Position numbers and translations under genes: made by a program
IMG/VR virus record: IMGVR_UViG_3300029183_000004
Location: 1 to 55,816 of that record
DNA: 55,816 nucleotides
Direction: 5' to 3' (one strand)
Source of the DNA: a virus
Lineage: Duplodnaviria; Caudoviricetes
The notes under the pieces: generated by a model
Database searches by the model: none
The model's input: the letters and a program-made list of their open reading frames with translations, nothing else
Told to the model about the DNA's origin: nothing
Shown: positions 9,432 to 19,021 of the stretch, one piece after another
Numbering within the stretch: position 1 is the stretch's first letter
Layout: the number at the start of each line of letters is the position of its first letter

Positions 9432-9448
9432 ATTGGAAGGAATTACCT

Positions 9449-12400
9449 ATGTTACATTTCTATTCACTTAATAAGCTTGATCAATACTCCTGCTATTTAC
9501 TTAGCGAAGTTTGCCAGAAGTATAAAACCGAGTACACTGTCCATGAGCAATTCTATTTCCCAGATGATTATGAATTCCAAGAGAATTCTACCCATGTATT
9601 TCTAGGTAGTGATTATCTTGATCGTCTGCGTGAAACTGTTGGACTAGATAACGAAAAGCTAAAGACCATTCAAGGATTCATTTTTCCTTTTGAAAATGAT
9701 GTCCGCTTTACATTCTTCTATGCCCTTCCTTATCTTTTTCTAAATCCAAATAGTCTACTTGACCTAGAGCAAATTGTACACGTCTCCACACTGCCTATTG
9801 ATCCGGATCTCTCAAATTGTATCAACAATGTTTTAGACGATACTGATAAGATTGGTGATCTATACGAAAGACTCAAGCATACACATACCCCTGTGGCATT
9901 GGATCTTGAAACATCTGGGTTATCATCCCATGATGACGAAATTTTGTGCATTGCCATTGGCTTATCTGAAACTGAATCATACATTATTCCAAAGGAAAAA
10001 CTAGATCATCTACTGGTAAAGAACATTTTGGTATTACAGAACGTTCAATGGGTAGGACATAACGCTAAGTTTGATGCCGGATTTTTGCTTCAGCGGTACG
10101 GGATACATGTAACCTTTACCAATGACACAATGCTCCTTCACTACATTCTAGATGAACGCCAGGGAACACATGGCCTAAAGCCTCTTAGCCGTAGACTCTT
10201 AGGATTGTCCGACTATGAAGAGGAAATTAGGCATTATTTACCAACTAAAAACAGCAGCTATGCTTTAATTCCCTCCGATGTCTTATACGAGTATGCCGGA
10301 TTCGATGTATGTTTTACACTTCGATTGCTAGATCGTTTAGAGCTATTTCTTGATAAGGCACAAGCTTCTGATAAGCTTTGCGATGTGTATGATTTTCTTC
10401 TTCAAGCTTCTGATATGTTTGTAGACATTGAACAAACAGGAATGTATTTTGATATTGATACAGCGAAGGAGCTAGAGAAAAGTTATTTTGAAAAAGAAGA
10501 AGATTTAAAAAATCAACTTGCCGAACTTACCCACAAAGAATTTAATCCGGCATCCCCAAAACAAGTAGCCGATTATCTTTATCACAAATTGAATCTGGAA
10601 GATCCCTATCAAGAACTTGAAAAGAAGCCTCGATGTACGGATAAACAAACACTGACATATCTGTCAGAAAAGTATCCTGATATTGAAATTCTTCAATTGA
10701 TTCTAGAGATCCGAAAGATATCTAAGATTCGTAGCACCTACATTACAGCACTTATCAATTGTGTCAATACAGATCAACGATTGCGTACTCAGATTAAGTT
10801 GCATGGTACCGTCACTGGCCGTTTATCTTCTTCACAACCTAACTTTCAAAACTTCCCTCGGGCAGCTAGAAACGAATATGCTAGACCGATTCGAAATTTA
10901 ATCACGGCTACGGATGAGGATACAATTTTATTGGGTGCAGACTATAGCCAATGTATTGCTCAAGATACATTTGTTTCTGGAAATGTCCTTATCCAGGATC
11001 ATCCAAATGCAGTCTATAAAGGAGAAAAAGAAACAATTGAACTATTTTTCTCCACAGGAGGGTCTTTAGTGTGTACCCTTGATCACAGAATTTTTACTTC
11101 TAATGGCTGGATAGAGGCACAAAACTTAACCAAAGATCATTTTATTGCGTGCCAAGGTTTTAACCCCCCTGTGAGAAAATCGGATGATTGGTTAGTAGGA
11201 TTTTGTGTTGCTGATGGTTACGTTAGAAAAGGGGAATATTCCCTCGCAAAAAAGACTAATTATTCCGAAGTGCAACAAAAAGTTTCTGAATATATCGATT
11301 CGAAACTGTTTCGAGATAGTGGGAAGTCCTCAAATGACTTTAGATGTTTAGCACAAGGAGATAGAATTGATCAGTTTCTTTCGTGGTTTGATAAAAAAGA
11401 CTTACGAATGAATAAGTTTGACGGTGATTTAGCAACATTTTTAAGTGGTTTATTTGATGGGGATGGTACAGCCTCACTCACAACAAAGACAATCTCGTTA
11501 GCAAATAAATCCAAAGTTTTTTTACAGGATATCCAACAAATACTTTTTAGCTTTGGTATTCATAGTACTATCATTAAACAAGTAGGAGGTAAAAATTGGT
11601 ATCCAGGAGGAAAGATCTATTATCGATTACAATTTTCTGATCTTACGTCAGTACAGAACTTTAATGCTAATATAGGTTTTTGTTTCATAGATAAAGCTAC
11701 TAAAGCAAATGAAATCGAGGAAACATTATCTGTTCGGACCAAGAAAAATATTGTCCCTATTCCTGTGGAATACTTTAAAGATAACGGTTATTCTTACCGA
11801 AAATGGGTTTTTAATCATCGTTCTGGACGACCTTATGGAAGACATAAGTCACTTAATAATTCTGTTGAACATCCTTTGATGCAGTACCATTGGACTAAAC
11901 TACAATCAATTAAAGTCTCAGGTAAAAAACCCGTTTATGATTTAGTAAATCAACCAAATCAACGTTTTATTGCTAATAGTGTCGTAGTTCACAACTGTGA
12001 AATCAGGGTCGCTGCTACATTAAGCCAAGAACCATTCTATCAGCGTGTGTATGCTCAAGGATTGGATGTTCATACCGAGACAGCTAAAATGCTATTTAAT
12101 CTCTCTGTGGTCCCCTGTGAGGGGGAGGAAGGCTATGCCGAATTTACAGAGCAACGATCATTAGCAAAGAATTTAAACTTCGGTCTTATCTATGGTCAAG
12201 GTGCCTCGGCTATCGCTAGGCTTTATGGTATGGAAGTAGACGAAGCGCAATCTTTGTATGATCAATTCTATGAAACGATTCCTAACTTAGCTCAATGGCT
12301 ACAGGAAACCCGAGAGTTTGCATATGAAAACGGCTACTGTACTACTTCTTTTGGTAGACAAAGAAGATTTGGCTTTTGTATTTCGCCAGAACTTCTAGAT

Positions 12401-12736
12401 GAAATTGGGTTTGGTGCTTCCAATCAATGGCGAATCAAAACAATGGCCGGTAATTTCGCTATCCAAAGCCTTGCTTCAGATATTACACTTCAAGCTGCTA
12501 TTGATTTGCATCAAAAACTTCGATCATCAAATTTTATTCATGGAAAGATATTAGTCTTAGTCCATGATGCAATCTACCTAGAAGTACCAAAACGCTCTGT
12601 GAATATTGCCAGTAATATGCTTGAGAAATACATGCTTGAGGCACCAAAGAAGATTTTGAAAACAGACTCACAGGGGAATCTATTTGTACCGTTTGCAGTT
12701 GATATGCATACAGATCAGAAATGGGGTGAGTTATAA
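9449..12736 (+). CDS. polA: DNA polymerase family A (3'-5' exonuclease + polymerase) with intein
   Basis: ALDLETSGL, GHNAKFD, YAGFD, TGRLSSSQPNFQN, ADYSQ, AKNLNFGLIYG and VHDA. Confidence 0.95.
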   Translation: MLHFYSLNKLDQYSCYLLSEVCQKYKTEYTVHEQFYFPDDYEFQENSTHVFLGSDYLDRLRETVGLDNEKLKTIQGFIFPFENDVRFTFFYALPYLFLNPNSLLDLEQIVHVSTLPIDPDLSNCINNVLDDTDKIGDLYERLKHTHTPVALDLETSGLSSHDDEILCIAIGLSETESYIIPKEKLDHLLVKNILVLQNVQWVGHNAKFDAGFLLQRYGIHVTFTNDTMLLHYILDERQGTHGLKPLSRRLLGLSDYEEEIRHYLPTKNSSYALIPSDVLYEYAGFDVCFTLRLLDRLELFLDKAQASDKLCDVYDFLLQASDMFVDIEQTGMYFDIDTAKELEKSYFEKEEDLKNQLAELTHKEFNPASPKQVADYLYHKLNLEDPYQELEKKPRCTDKQTLTYLSEKYPDIEILQLILEIRKISKIRSTYITALINCVNTDQRLRTQIKLHGTVTGRLSSSQPNFQNFPRAARNEYARPIRNLITATDEDTILLGADYSQCIAQDTFVSGNVLIQDHPNAVYKGEKETIELFFSTGGSLVCTLDHRIFTSNGWIEAQNLTKDHFIACQGFNPPVRKSDDWLVGFCVADGYVRKGEYSLAKKTNYSEVQQKVSEYIDSKLFRDSGKSSNDFRCLAQGDRIDQFLSWFDKKDLRMNKFDGDLATFLSGLFDGDGTASLTTKTISLANKSKVFLQDIQQILFSFGIHSTIIKQVGGKNWYPGGKIYYRLQFSDLTSVQNFNANIGFCFIDKATKANEIEETLSVRTKKNIVPIPVEYFKDNGYSYRKWVFNHRSGRPYGRHKSLNNSVEHPLMQYHWTKLQSIKVSGKKPVYDLVNQPNQRFIANSVVVHNCEIRVAATLSQEPFYQRVYAQGLDVHTETAKMLFNLSVVPCEGEEGYAEFTEQRSLAKNLNFGLIYGQGASAIARLYGMEVDEAQSLYDQFYETIPNLAQWLQETREFAYENGYCTTSFGRQRRFGFCISPELLDEIGFGASNQWRIKTMAGNFAIQSLASDITLQAAIDLHQKLRSSNFIHGKILVLVHDAIYLEVPKRSVNIASNMLEKYMLEAPKKILKTDSQGNLFVPFAVDMHTDQKWGEL
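10952..11995 (+). mobile_element. Intein (348 aa) with LAGLIDADG endonuclease in Pol motif A
   Basis: ADYSQ|CIAQDT...TLDH...GFCVADG...GLFDGDG...VVHN|CEIR. Confidence 0.95.
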
Positions 12737-13248
12737 TGCAAAACGTATCTTGGATTAACCTAGTAAATTTAGAGAACTATTTTCGTAGAAATACCCCCGA
12801 ATGGCCTATCCCCTGTGAAATGGATGCCGTACTATTTTCGCTATCCGAAGTGATAGAATTTATTGAAGCTTATCATCTACGCCAAAATGAAAAGTACTTA
12901 CGTACCAATAATCGGGATCCTGAAATCGAGAAGGAATTAACCCAAGTAGCAATGATGATCTGTACATCTATAGTCTTACAATCACGTCCAATCAAGTCAG
13001 TATCTCTAAGCACCGATCAGCGGAATGTACTTTTATTCTGTATGGCGATAATCAAAAATCTGATTGAAGTACTTGAACGACAGATTGTTAATGCTACTCC
13101 CAATATTCCCAATGAAAAAGATAGCTTTTTACTTGGGGCATTAACTTCCTGTATCGAAATAGCCGATATCTTGGACGTAGATCTTGCCGAACAATTACTA
13201 ATTGAACATGAACGTATCATCGAGAAGATTAACTCACAGGGGGAATAA
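12736..13248 (+). CDS. Putative MazG-like all-alpha NTP pyrophosphohydrolase
   Basis: SEVIEFIEA...IEKELTQV helical acidic pattern; nucleotide-metabolism context. Confidence 0.4.
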   Translation: MQNVSWINLVNLENYFRRNTPEWPIPCEMDAVLFSLSEVIEFIEAYHLRQNEKYLRTNNRDPEIEKELTQVAMMICTSIVLQSRPIKSVSLSTDQRNVLLFCMAIIKNLIEVLERQIVNATPNIPNEKDSFLLGALTSCIEIADILDVDLAEQLLIEHERIIEKINSQGE

Positions 13249-13790
13249 TGGAATTTGTAGCGGAGTATCTCCAAGATGGAGAATGGATAACTGAGGTACT
13301 TACGGCCAAGGATAAAAGTACACTTGAATATAACCTGGGGCGCAGAAAGAACGTTGATAAGAAGTCAGTCATGGTCACAGAAGTCTATAACGGAGACCCA
13401 TTCCATTACTGGCAACCCCTACTTGATCCCAAGGAATGTAAATCTGGATCATTATTGTGTCAATGTGTTTGTGGGAAATTTCGCAAGGTAATTCTTTCGA
13501 CATTAAAATCTGGTGCCTCAAAGTCATGTGGCTGTCAACGTAGCAATCTTCTTTCACAGCGAAAGCAAGTACCAACCTATGAGTATAAAGGTAAATCCTT
13601 AACCCTTAGTCAATGGTCAAGAGAAACCGGTATTCGTTATCAGACATTACTTAGAAGAGTTGAATTAGACTGGACCGTCGAAGAAATGCTCGAAACCCCT
13701 GTGAGAAATTATGTCAAAGGACAAAATGACGATGAATATACAAACTCTATCCATCATGTTTCAAACGGCGAGAACAATTCTGTACCATAA
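13248..13790 (+). CDS. HNH-endonuclease-related protein lacking the nuclease core
   Basis: CQCVCG...KSCGC and YKGKSLTLSQWSRETGI...LETPVRN modules shared with the HNH paralogs; no DRIDN core. Confidence 0.65.
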   Translation: MEFVAEYLQDGEWITEVLTAKDKSTLEYNLGRRKNVDKKSVMVTEVYNGDPFHYWQPLLDPKECKSGSLLCQCVCGKFRKVILSTLKSGASKSCGCQRSNLLSQRKQVPTYEYKGKSLTLSQWSRETGIRYQTLLRRVELDWTVEEMLETPVRNYVKGQNDDEYTNSIHHVSNGENNSVP

Positions 13791-14187
13791 ATGTTGGGTA
13801 CTTTATTACGGATTGACACATCTGCTAGAACTCTCCATTGAAGATTGGCCTAAGTATCTTTTCAATTTATTGGTCCATGACTGGAGCAAATTCAGACCAT
13901 GTGAGTTTATTGGTCATATGCAATATCACGGTTATCCAGTAGATGATCGTAGGGATATAGCTTTTAGTTACCACCTAGAAAAGACTAACCACCATTGGCA
14001 GAATTGGATCAATGAAGAAATGCCTTTAGTCTATCTACTCGAAATGATCTCTGACTGGCAGGCAGTAAGTAAGTCATACCCAAACAAAGTACCTATCCAA
14101 CAGTATTGGAAAGAACTTCATAAATCAGGTATCCATCAAAAAACCCAAATTGCTGTTTCATATTTTATCGAAGGATTAGCCAAATGA
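13711..14187 (+). CDS. HD-like / DUF5662-type protein
   Basis: VHDWSKF, NHHWQ and EMISDW motifs. Confidence 0.65.
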   Translation: MSKDKMTMNIQTLSIMFQTARTILYHKCWVLYYGLTHLLELSIEDWPKYLFNLLVHDWSKFRPCEFIGHMQYHGYPVDDRRDIAFSYHLEKTNHHWQNWINEEMPLVYLLEMISDWQAVSKSYPNKVPIQQYWKELHKSGIHQKTQIAVSYFIEGLAK

Positions 14188-15515
14188 ATAACTATATTGA
14201 TCTACTAGACCGAGTACTAAGTGACGGTACGGACACTAAAACACGTAATGGTATCCGGCGAACAATCTTTCGCCACCAATTAAAGTATGATCTTCGAGAA
14301 GACTTCCCAATTGTAACGACAAAGAAAGTATTTTGGCGTGGGATCACAACAGAATTGTGCTGGTTTCTAAACGGTGATACTAATACCAAATATCTTACAG
14401 ATAGAGGAATACATATTTGGGATGGTAATGCCGATGAAAATGGGGAATGTGGTCCTATCTATGGTCATGCTTGGAGAAATTTTGGTGGGAGACCTAATGC
14501 TATAGTCCAACCTAAGCCTACCCCCTGTGAAAATAATACTTATCTAGGCATTGCTGACGGTACGGGAAAAGAAGGTCATATTTTAAAAAAGACTTGGGAA
14601 GGAATGATCTCTAGATGTTATGACAAAAATAATATAAGTTATCAGTATTATGGGGGAAAGGGGGTATATGTTTGTAATCGATGGTTAAATTTTCTTTACT
14701 TTGCAGAGGATTCAAAGTATTTATATGGTTGGGAAAGAAAGAAAAAATACCCAAAAGAGTATACATTAGATAAAGATGGCATTGGGAATGGGTTTCTTTA
14801 TAGTCCCGAACATTGTCAATGGGTATCATGTGCAGAAAATAGTAACTTGAAAAATAGATATATCTATACTGTACAGAAAGAAAGTACTGGACAGTTATAT
14901 CATTTTTCTAATCCTACTCAATTTTGTAAGGATCATTTTCTAGAAGGAAAAAACTTTTCCGATCTATGGACCGGATCAAAAAATGCTAAGATACGCAATG
15001 GTTTTACATTTATTGAGAAAAAGGATCGTTGGGGAGGAATCGATCAAATCAATAATTTAATTTTCGATCTGATCAATAATCCTAATTCGACTCGTCATGT
15101 TGTTACAGCATGGAATCCGCAACAACAAAGACAAATGGCTCTTCCACCATGCCATTTTGCTTTCCATTGTCATGTAGAAAATAAATCTCTTCTACATATG
15201 GAAGTCTTTTTACGTAGCTCCGATGTAGCACTTGGCTTACCCTTTAACATTAGCTCGTATGCCTTACTTCTTCACATCTTAGCCATGCGTACCCAGTACA
15301 CTGCGGGAAAACTTTGGTTTAATCTAGGAAATGTCCATCTATATCAGGAACATTGGGATCTAGCAGAGGAACAGATTATGAGGAAACCATTCCCATTACC
15401 TCGGCTAGAGATTCAACAGCCAATTACATACAATTTAAAGGATCTTAATCCCGAAAGCTTCGTATTAAGAAACTATCAGTATCATTCAGCTATCCCATAT
15501 AAGTTAATTCCGTAA
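14184..15515 (+). CDS. thyA: Thymidylate synthase with in-frame ~180-aa HNH insertion
   Basis: FPIVTTKK, ELCWFLNG, GPIYG, MALPPCH, RSSDVALGLPFN and HLYQEH. Confidence 0.93.
   Translation: MNNYIDLLDRVLSDGTDTKTRNGIRRTIFRHQLKYDLREDFPIVTTKKVFWRGITTELCWFLNGDTNTKYLTDRGIHIWDGNADENGECGPIYGHAWRNFGGRPNAIVQPKPTPCENNTYLGIADGTGKEGHILKKTWEGMISRCYDKNNISYQYYGGKGVYVCNRWLNFLYFAEDSKYLYGWERKKKYPKEYTLDKDGIGNGFLYSPEHCQWVSCAENSNLKNRYIYTVQKESTGQLYHFSNPTQFCKDHFLEGKNFSDLWTGSKNAKIRNGFTFIEKKDRWGGIDQINNLIFDLINNPNSTRHVVTAWNPQQQRQMALPPCHFAFHCHVENKSLLHMEVFLRSSDVALGLPFNISSYALLLHILAMRTQYTAGKLWFNLGNVHLYQEHWDLAEEQIMRKPFPLPRLEIQQPITYNLKDLNPESFVLRNYQYHSAIPYKLIP
14490..15032 (+). mobile_element. In-frame HNH homing-endonuclease-like domain inside thyA
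   Basis: WEGMISRCY...YGGKGVYVCNRWLNF...LDKD...YSPEHCQWV between WRNFGG and GGIDQI; boundaries approximate. Confidence 0.85.
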
Positions 15516-15522
15516 TTCAATA

Positions 15523-15551
15523 TTGACAAACTGAATTAAATATGTTACTAT
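15523..15551 (+). promoter_or_regulatory. Sigma70-type promoter, near copy of the 7303 promoter
   Basis: TTGACA-17 bp-TACTAT; 26/29 identical to 7303-7331. Confidence 0.8.
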
Positions 15552-15606
15552 GGATGAAGAAAGTAATAACTTAGTAATGATTGTTAGCATTTAAGAGGTA
15601 ATCAGA

Positions 15607-15843
15607 ATGGCCGATAATGAGCAAAAATTAACTAAACGATTAAAGAAGTACGTACGTCAGGGCAAGGTTCATAATATATCTATAGAGTCGTCATCAATAA
15701 AACCAACAAAGGTAACTTGTGATATCTATCTACCTGGATCTGTCCATATTACACTCGAAATAAGGGCATGTAACTACCCTCGCATATTGTCAGTTTTGTG
15801 TCAGATAATTAAGACTCTTCATAAACCTTTTAAAGGAGAATAA
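15607..15843 (+). CDS. Hypothetical protein
   Basis: GAGG RBS, first gene after promoter. Confidence 0.65.
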   Translation: MADNEQKLTKRLKKYVRQGKVHNISIESSSIKPTKVTCDIYLPGSVHITLEIRACNYPRILSVLCQIIKTLHKPFKGE

Positions 15844-15846
15844 CAA

Positions 15847-16152
15847 ATGTTTTATCAGGCTAATATTAAAAGTCGGCCAGTGCCAGTTGAGTTTCCAAGC
15901 GGGTTATTGCGTAATGATCAGGAAACTTTTGAAGTAACATTGATCCATAATGATGGAAACATACATGCTTTCGATATCGTTCGAGACAACGATAATCACA
16001 TTGCGGAAATCGTAACGTGTTTGGTTGCCATGCTCAATAATAACAATGTTGCCAAATTAGTTATTGAATCAACCACGCCACAAGAGGAACTTCCAACCGG
16101 TCCAGATATGTCAAACGACAGTGAACTCACAGGGGAAGAGGGTGCCGGATAG
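15847..16152 (+). CDS. Hypothetical protein
   Basis: AAGGAG RBS. Confidence 0.7.
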   Translation: MFYQANIKSRPVPVEFPSGLLRNDQETFEVTLIHNDGNIHAFDIVRDNDNHIAEIVTCLVAMLNNNNVAKLVIESTTPQEELPTGPDMSNDSELTGEEGAG

Positions 16153-16172
16153 TATACACCTAACCCAATAGA

Positions 16173-16203
16173 CTAAAAACGGGATTCACAATCCCGTTTT
16201 TAG
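16173..16203. terminator. Intrinsic terminator, probably bidirectional
   Basis: CTAAAAACGGGATT-CAC-AATCCCGTTTTTAG. Confidence 0.8.
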
Positions 16204-16220
16204 GTTACAATGGATTACCT

Positions 16221-18059
16221 ATGCATCAACAATGTTACTATTTAAATAATGCCTCCGATAGATTAGACCTTTATATAATGGCAGAAACCATAACCAAGAG
16301 CGATACCTCTTGGTTATCTCCTTATGGAGTGTATACTGTCCTTAGTAACTACTGTCCATATGTGAATTTAACTTATCCTCAAAGACTTCTTCTGAATCCA
16401 GAGTTTAAGCGTGAAGGTGCTACGGTTCTACCTTATAAGAATCCTAAGAATCTGCCTGTTACTTATGCTAATTCAATTCAACAAGCATTAGAGATTCAGA
16501 TCCCTGAATTTGATCTAGTATCCTCTGTATTCCCTATAGGCATTGCAATTGTTTTAACTGTGCTATTCAAATCTCTTTGGGACTATACAAAGATACCTAA
16601 GCCTGTACCGGCTAAAGTAAGTACAAAACCCCCTGTGAGATCAGAGAAACGAATGCAGGTACCCAAAGTAGATCAAAAACAAACGATGCCAGTAGATAAG
16701 TCAAGAAGCGGTAATTCTCCAGTTTCACAGGGGGTGAAGAGTTCTCCTATGCCTAAGCAGGAAAATAGATTCATTGGCTACCAACAAGAGGAAGGGTTAA
16801 TCAATAACATTCTGAAGGAACATAAAACTTTCTTTCGAATTGATCCGAGAAAAAAGGTTTTGATTACCCCTAAGACTATCATCTATCCATTACAGCGTGC
16901 GCAGCGTGGGAAATTCTCTTCTCTCTATTCCGTTACTGAAGTCTTGAATTCAGAAATTTATTCTCTTCGATTACAACATGGGTATCGAACGGGAATTTCT
17001 TCTTTAATCTTAACTCAGCCACCATGCCTGATTGTACCTCGGGTAGATCCATTAACCCTTCATTGGGCTGATAGACGTGATCGATGTAAACCTATTCACA
17101 TGTTAACAGGTTTATCCTATGAGACCGGCAAACCTGAGCCATTGACATTGAACTTAAATTCACCGACACAATTTAGTATCCTGATTGGAGGAACATCTGG
17201 CAGCGGGAAATCAACCCTACTGGATGGAATGATCATATCTATTTGTGAAGCAAGTTCGCCAGAAGAATTTAAATTGATCATGATTGATATCGGTCTTAAG
17301 CATTTCTCTCCTTTTTCAGAATTACCTCATTGTACAGAAGTGGTTTCCGAATTAGATCAAGCATTAGAAACCCTTCGGTATGTTGAGAAACAGATGACGG
17401 GACCAGAAGATCAATACCCATATCGCACAGCAATCGTGATAGATGAGATCCAAAAACTGACTAAATGTGGTATTGACGCTAAGGAAAAAGAATTTAAGCG
17501 ATTACTTATGATGATTGCGTCTAATGGCAGAGCATACGGCTATAGCATTATAATTGCTACACAGAAGCCTAAAGCCGGTACAATTCCCACAGATGTTAGG
17601 GATAACTGTGTTGTTCGTATTGCCGGTAAATGCTTCTCACAGGGGCAATCAGAAATGATCCTGGGGGATAATCATTATGAGGCTACTCACTTATCAGGTG
17701 TAGGCTCATTCGCCATATATGATGGAAATGCAACGACTTTAATTTATTCCTACATGTTAAATGTCAAACAGGAAATCAAAGCCATACGGGATAGATATCC
17801 GAATTATGTCTCGGTACCGTTAGTAAAACAAGAATCGATACCCCCTGTGAGCAGAGAGACAATCTCAATTCCTGAAAGTATTAAAGAAGTCTTTGACCAA
17901 TATTGGGGGGAGACAGGATTACGACGGGGGTGGCTCACCTTAGCAATCAAAGAATACGCTCAAATGGTAGGTAAATCATATACAGGAGATAACTATCAAC
18001 CATTTAAACGAATTGTAACAGAGATGTCGGAGCAATATTTATTGGAGGTAACAGAATGA
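16221..18059 (+). CDS. FtsK/SpoIIIE-family ATPase with one TM segment
   Basis: LIGGTSGSGKS, LIMID, IVIDEIQ, GRAYG and IIIATQKP; hydrophobic VFPIGIAIVLTVLF. Confidence 0.9.
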   Translation: MHQQCYYLNNASDRLDLYIMAETITKSDTSWLSPYGVYTVLSNYCPYVNLTYPQRLLLNPEFKREGATVLPYKNPKNLPVTYANSIQQALEIQIPEFDLVSSVFPIGIAIVLTVLFKSLWDYTKIPKPVPAKVSTKPPVRSEKRMQVPKVDQKQTMPVDKSRSGNSPVSQGVKSSPMPKQENRFIGYQQEEGLINNILKEHKTFFRIDPRKKVLITPKTIIYPLQRAQRGKFSSLYSVTEVLNSEIYSLRLQHGYRTGISSLILTQPPCLIVPRVDPLTLHWADRRDRCKPIHMLTGLSYETGKPEPLTLNLNSPTQFSILIGGTSGSGKSTLLDGMIISICEASSPEEFKLIMIDIGLKHFSPFSELPHCTEVVSELDQALETLRYVEKQMTGPEDQYPYRTAIVIDEIQKLTKCGIDAKEKEFKRLLMMIASNGRAYGYSIIIATQKPKAGTIPTDVRDNCVVRIAGKCFSQGQSEMILGDNHYEATHLSGVGSFAIYDGNATTLIYSYMLNVKQEIKAIRDRYPNYVSVPLVKQESIPPVSRETISIPESIKEVFDQYWGETGLRRGWLTLAIKEYAQMVGKSYTGDNYQPFKRIVTEMSEQYLLEVTE

Positions 18060-18562
18060 GTATGCCAAAAAAGTATACGAAAATGGAGAGGGAAACATTA
18101 AGCCTTTTGATTCGAGAACGGGAAGCCTCAAGTACTGAATCAATGACAAGAGGAATGTATGTAGCCATTACAATGCTTCCTGTTTTTCTAATCCTAACCT
18201 ATGTACATATTTTTGCCGGATACGTATATGTTCTGATCTTGCTTGCCTTTGCAGGAATTATTAGTATTGGATTTCTCTTTGCTTACCTGAATGATCGAAG
18301 CCAAGAACGGGCGAATAGACATTCTGTTGAAATGGCCCACGCTATGGGAAAGGGTATCAATGAAGTTATGGTACAGAATGCTAGAACCACAGGGGAAGAA
18401 AATCGAAACCTAATAAAAGCTTGGTTGGTTGAGCAAGTAAATGCTCAAAAGATTGAGACTAACAGGCAAATTACAGCGGATAAGTTAGAAGCCAATGAAC
18501 CGGTATATCAGGATATCAAAATCATTGATACCCCATATGATAGATATGAAGAGGCATACTGA
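18056..18562 (+). CDS. Membrane protein (2 TM), translationally coupled to the FtsK gene
   Basis: ATGA overlap; ~45-aa hydrophobic stretch. Confidence 0.75.
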   Translation: MSMPKKYTKMERETLSLLIREREASSTESMTRGMYVAITMLPVFLILTYVHIFAGYVYVLILLAFAGIISIGFLFAYLNDRSQERANRHSVEMAHAMGKGINEVMVQNARTTGEENRNLIKAWLVEQVNAQKIETNRQITADKLEANEPVYQDIKIIDTPYDRYEEAY

Positions 18563-18564
18563 AG

Positions 18565-19008
18565 ATGAACTACCCAAGGAAAATCAAATATAATAAAGAA
18601 TTAACTGATGAGGATATCTTAGATCTCCTTGTTAGTTTATTTGTTGGGGATAACCCGCCATCGGAGAATTATTATAACAACAAAAAGCCAGAGGACTATC
18701 CAACATCAACGATGCTTTTGCGAGATTACTTCAAGCATTTTTCGTTTAGTCGTAACAATCCGGATGCTGCTTGGAATACGTTAATGCTAAAGCTATTTGG
18801 AAAAGAAGCAAATAGCGCCACCGTTAAACACCCTGAACGTCCATTACCCAAAGTTACTGAACTTCCTCAACAAGCAAAGCTATATGATTTAGAAGGGCCA
18901 AACTATTGGGGATTAAATCTAATTCCCAAAGATGTATCTTACCGACGGAAGAAAAAATCCAATGGGGATGTTGTATTAGTTACCCGTACTAGCTATATGA
19001 TCAGATAA
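18565..19008 (+). CDS. Hypothetical protein
   Basis: 147-aa ORF in operon with GAGG RBS. Confidence 0.65.
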   Translation: MNYPRKIKYNKELTDEDILDLLVSLFVGDNPPSENYYNNKKPEDYPTSTMLLRDYFKHFSFSRNNPDAAWNTLMLKLFGKEANSATVKHPERPLPKVTELPQQAKLYDLEGPNYWGLNLIPKDVSYRRKKKSNGDVVLVTRTSYMIR

Positions 19009-19021
19009 GGAGAATAATCTA

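Noticed and set aside
14490-15032. Intein or complete group I intron in thyA
   Set aside because: No intein terminal residues or splicing blocks, no P/Q/R set, and the insert is fully coding
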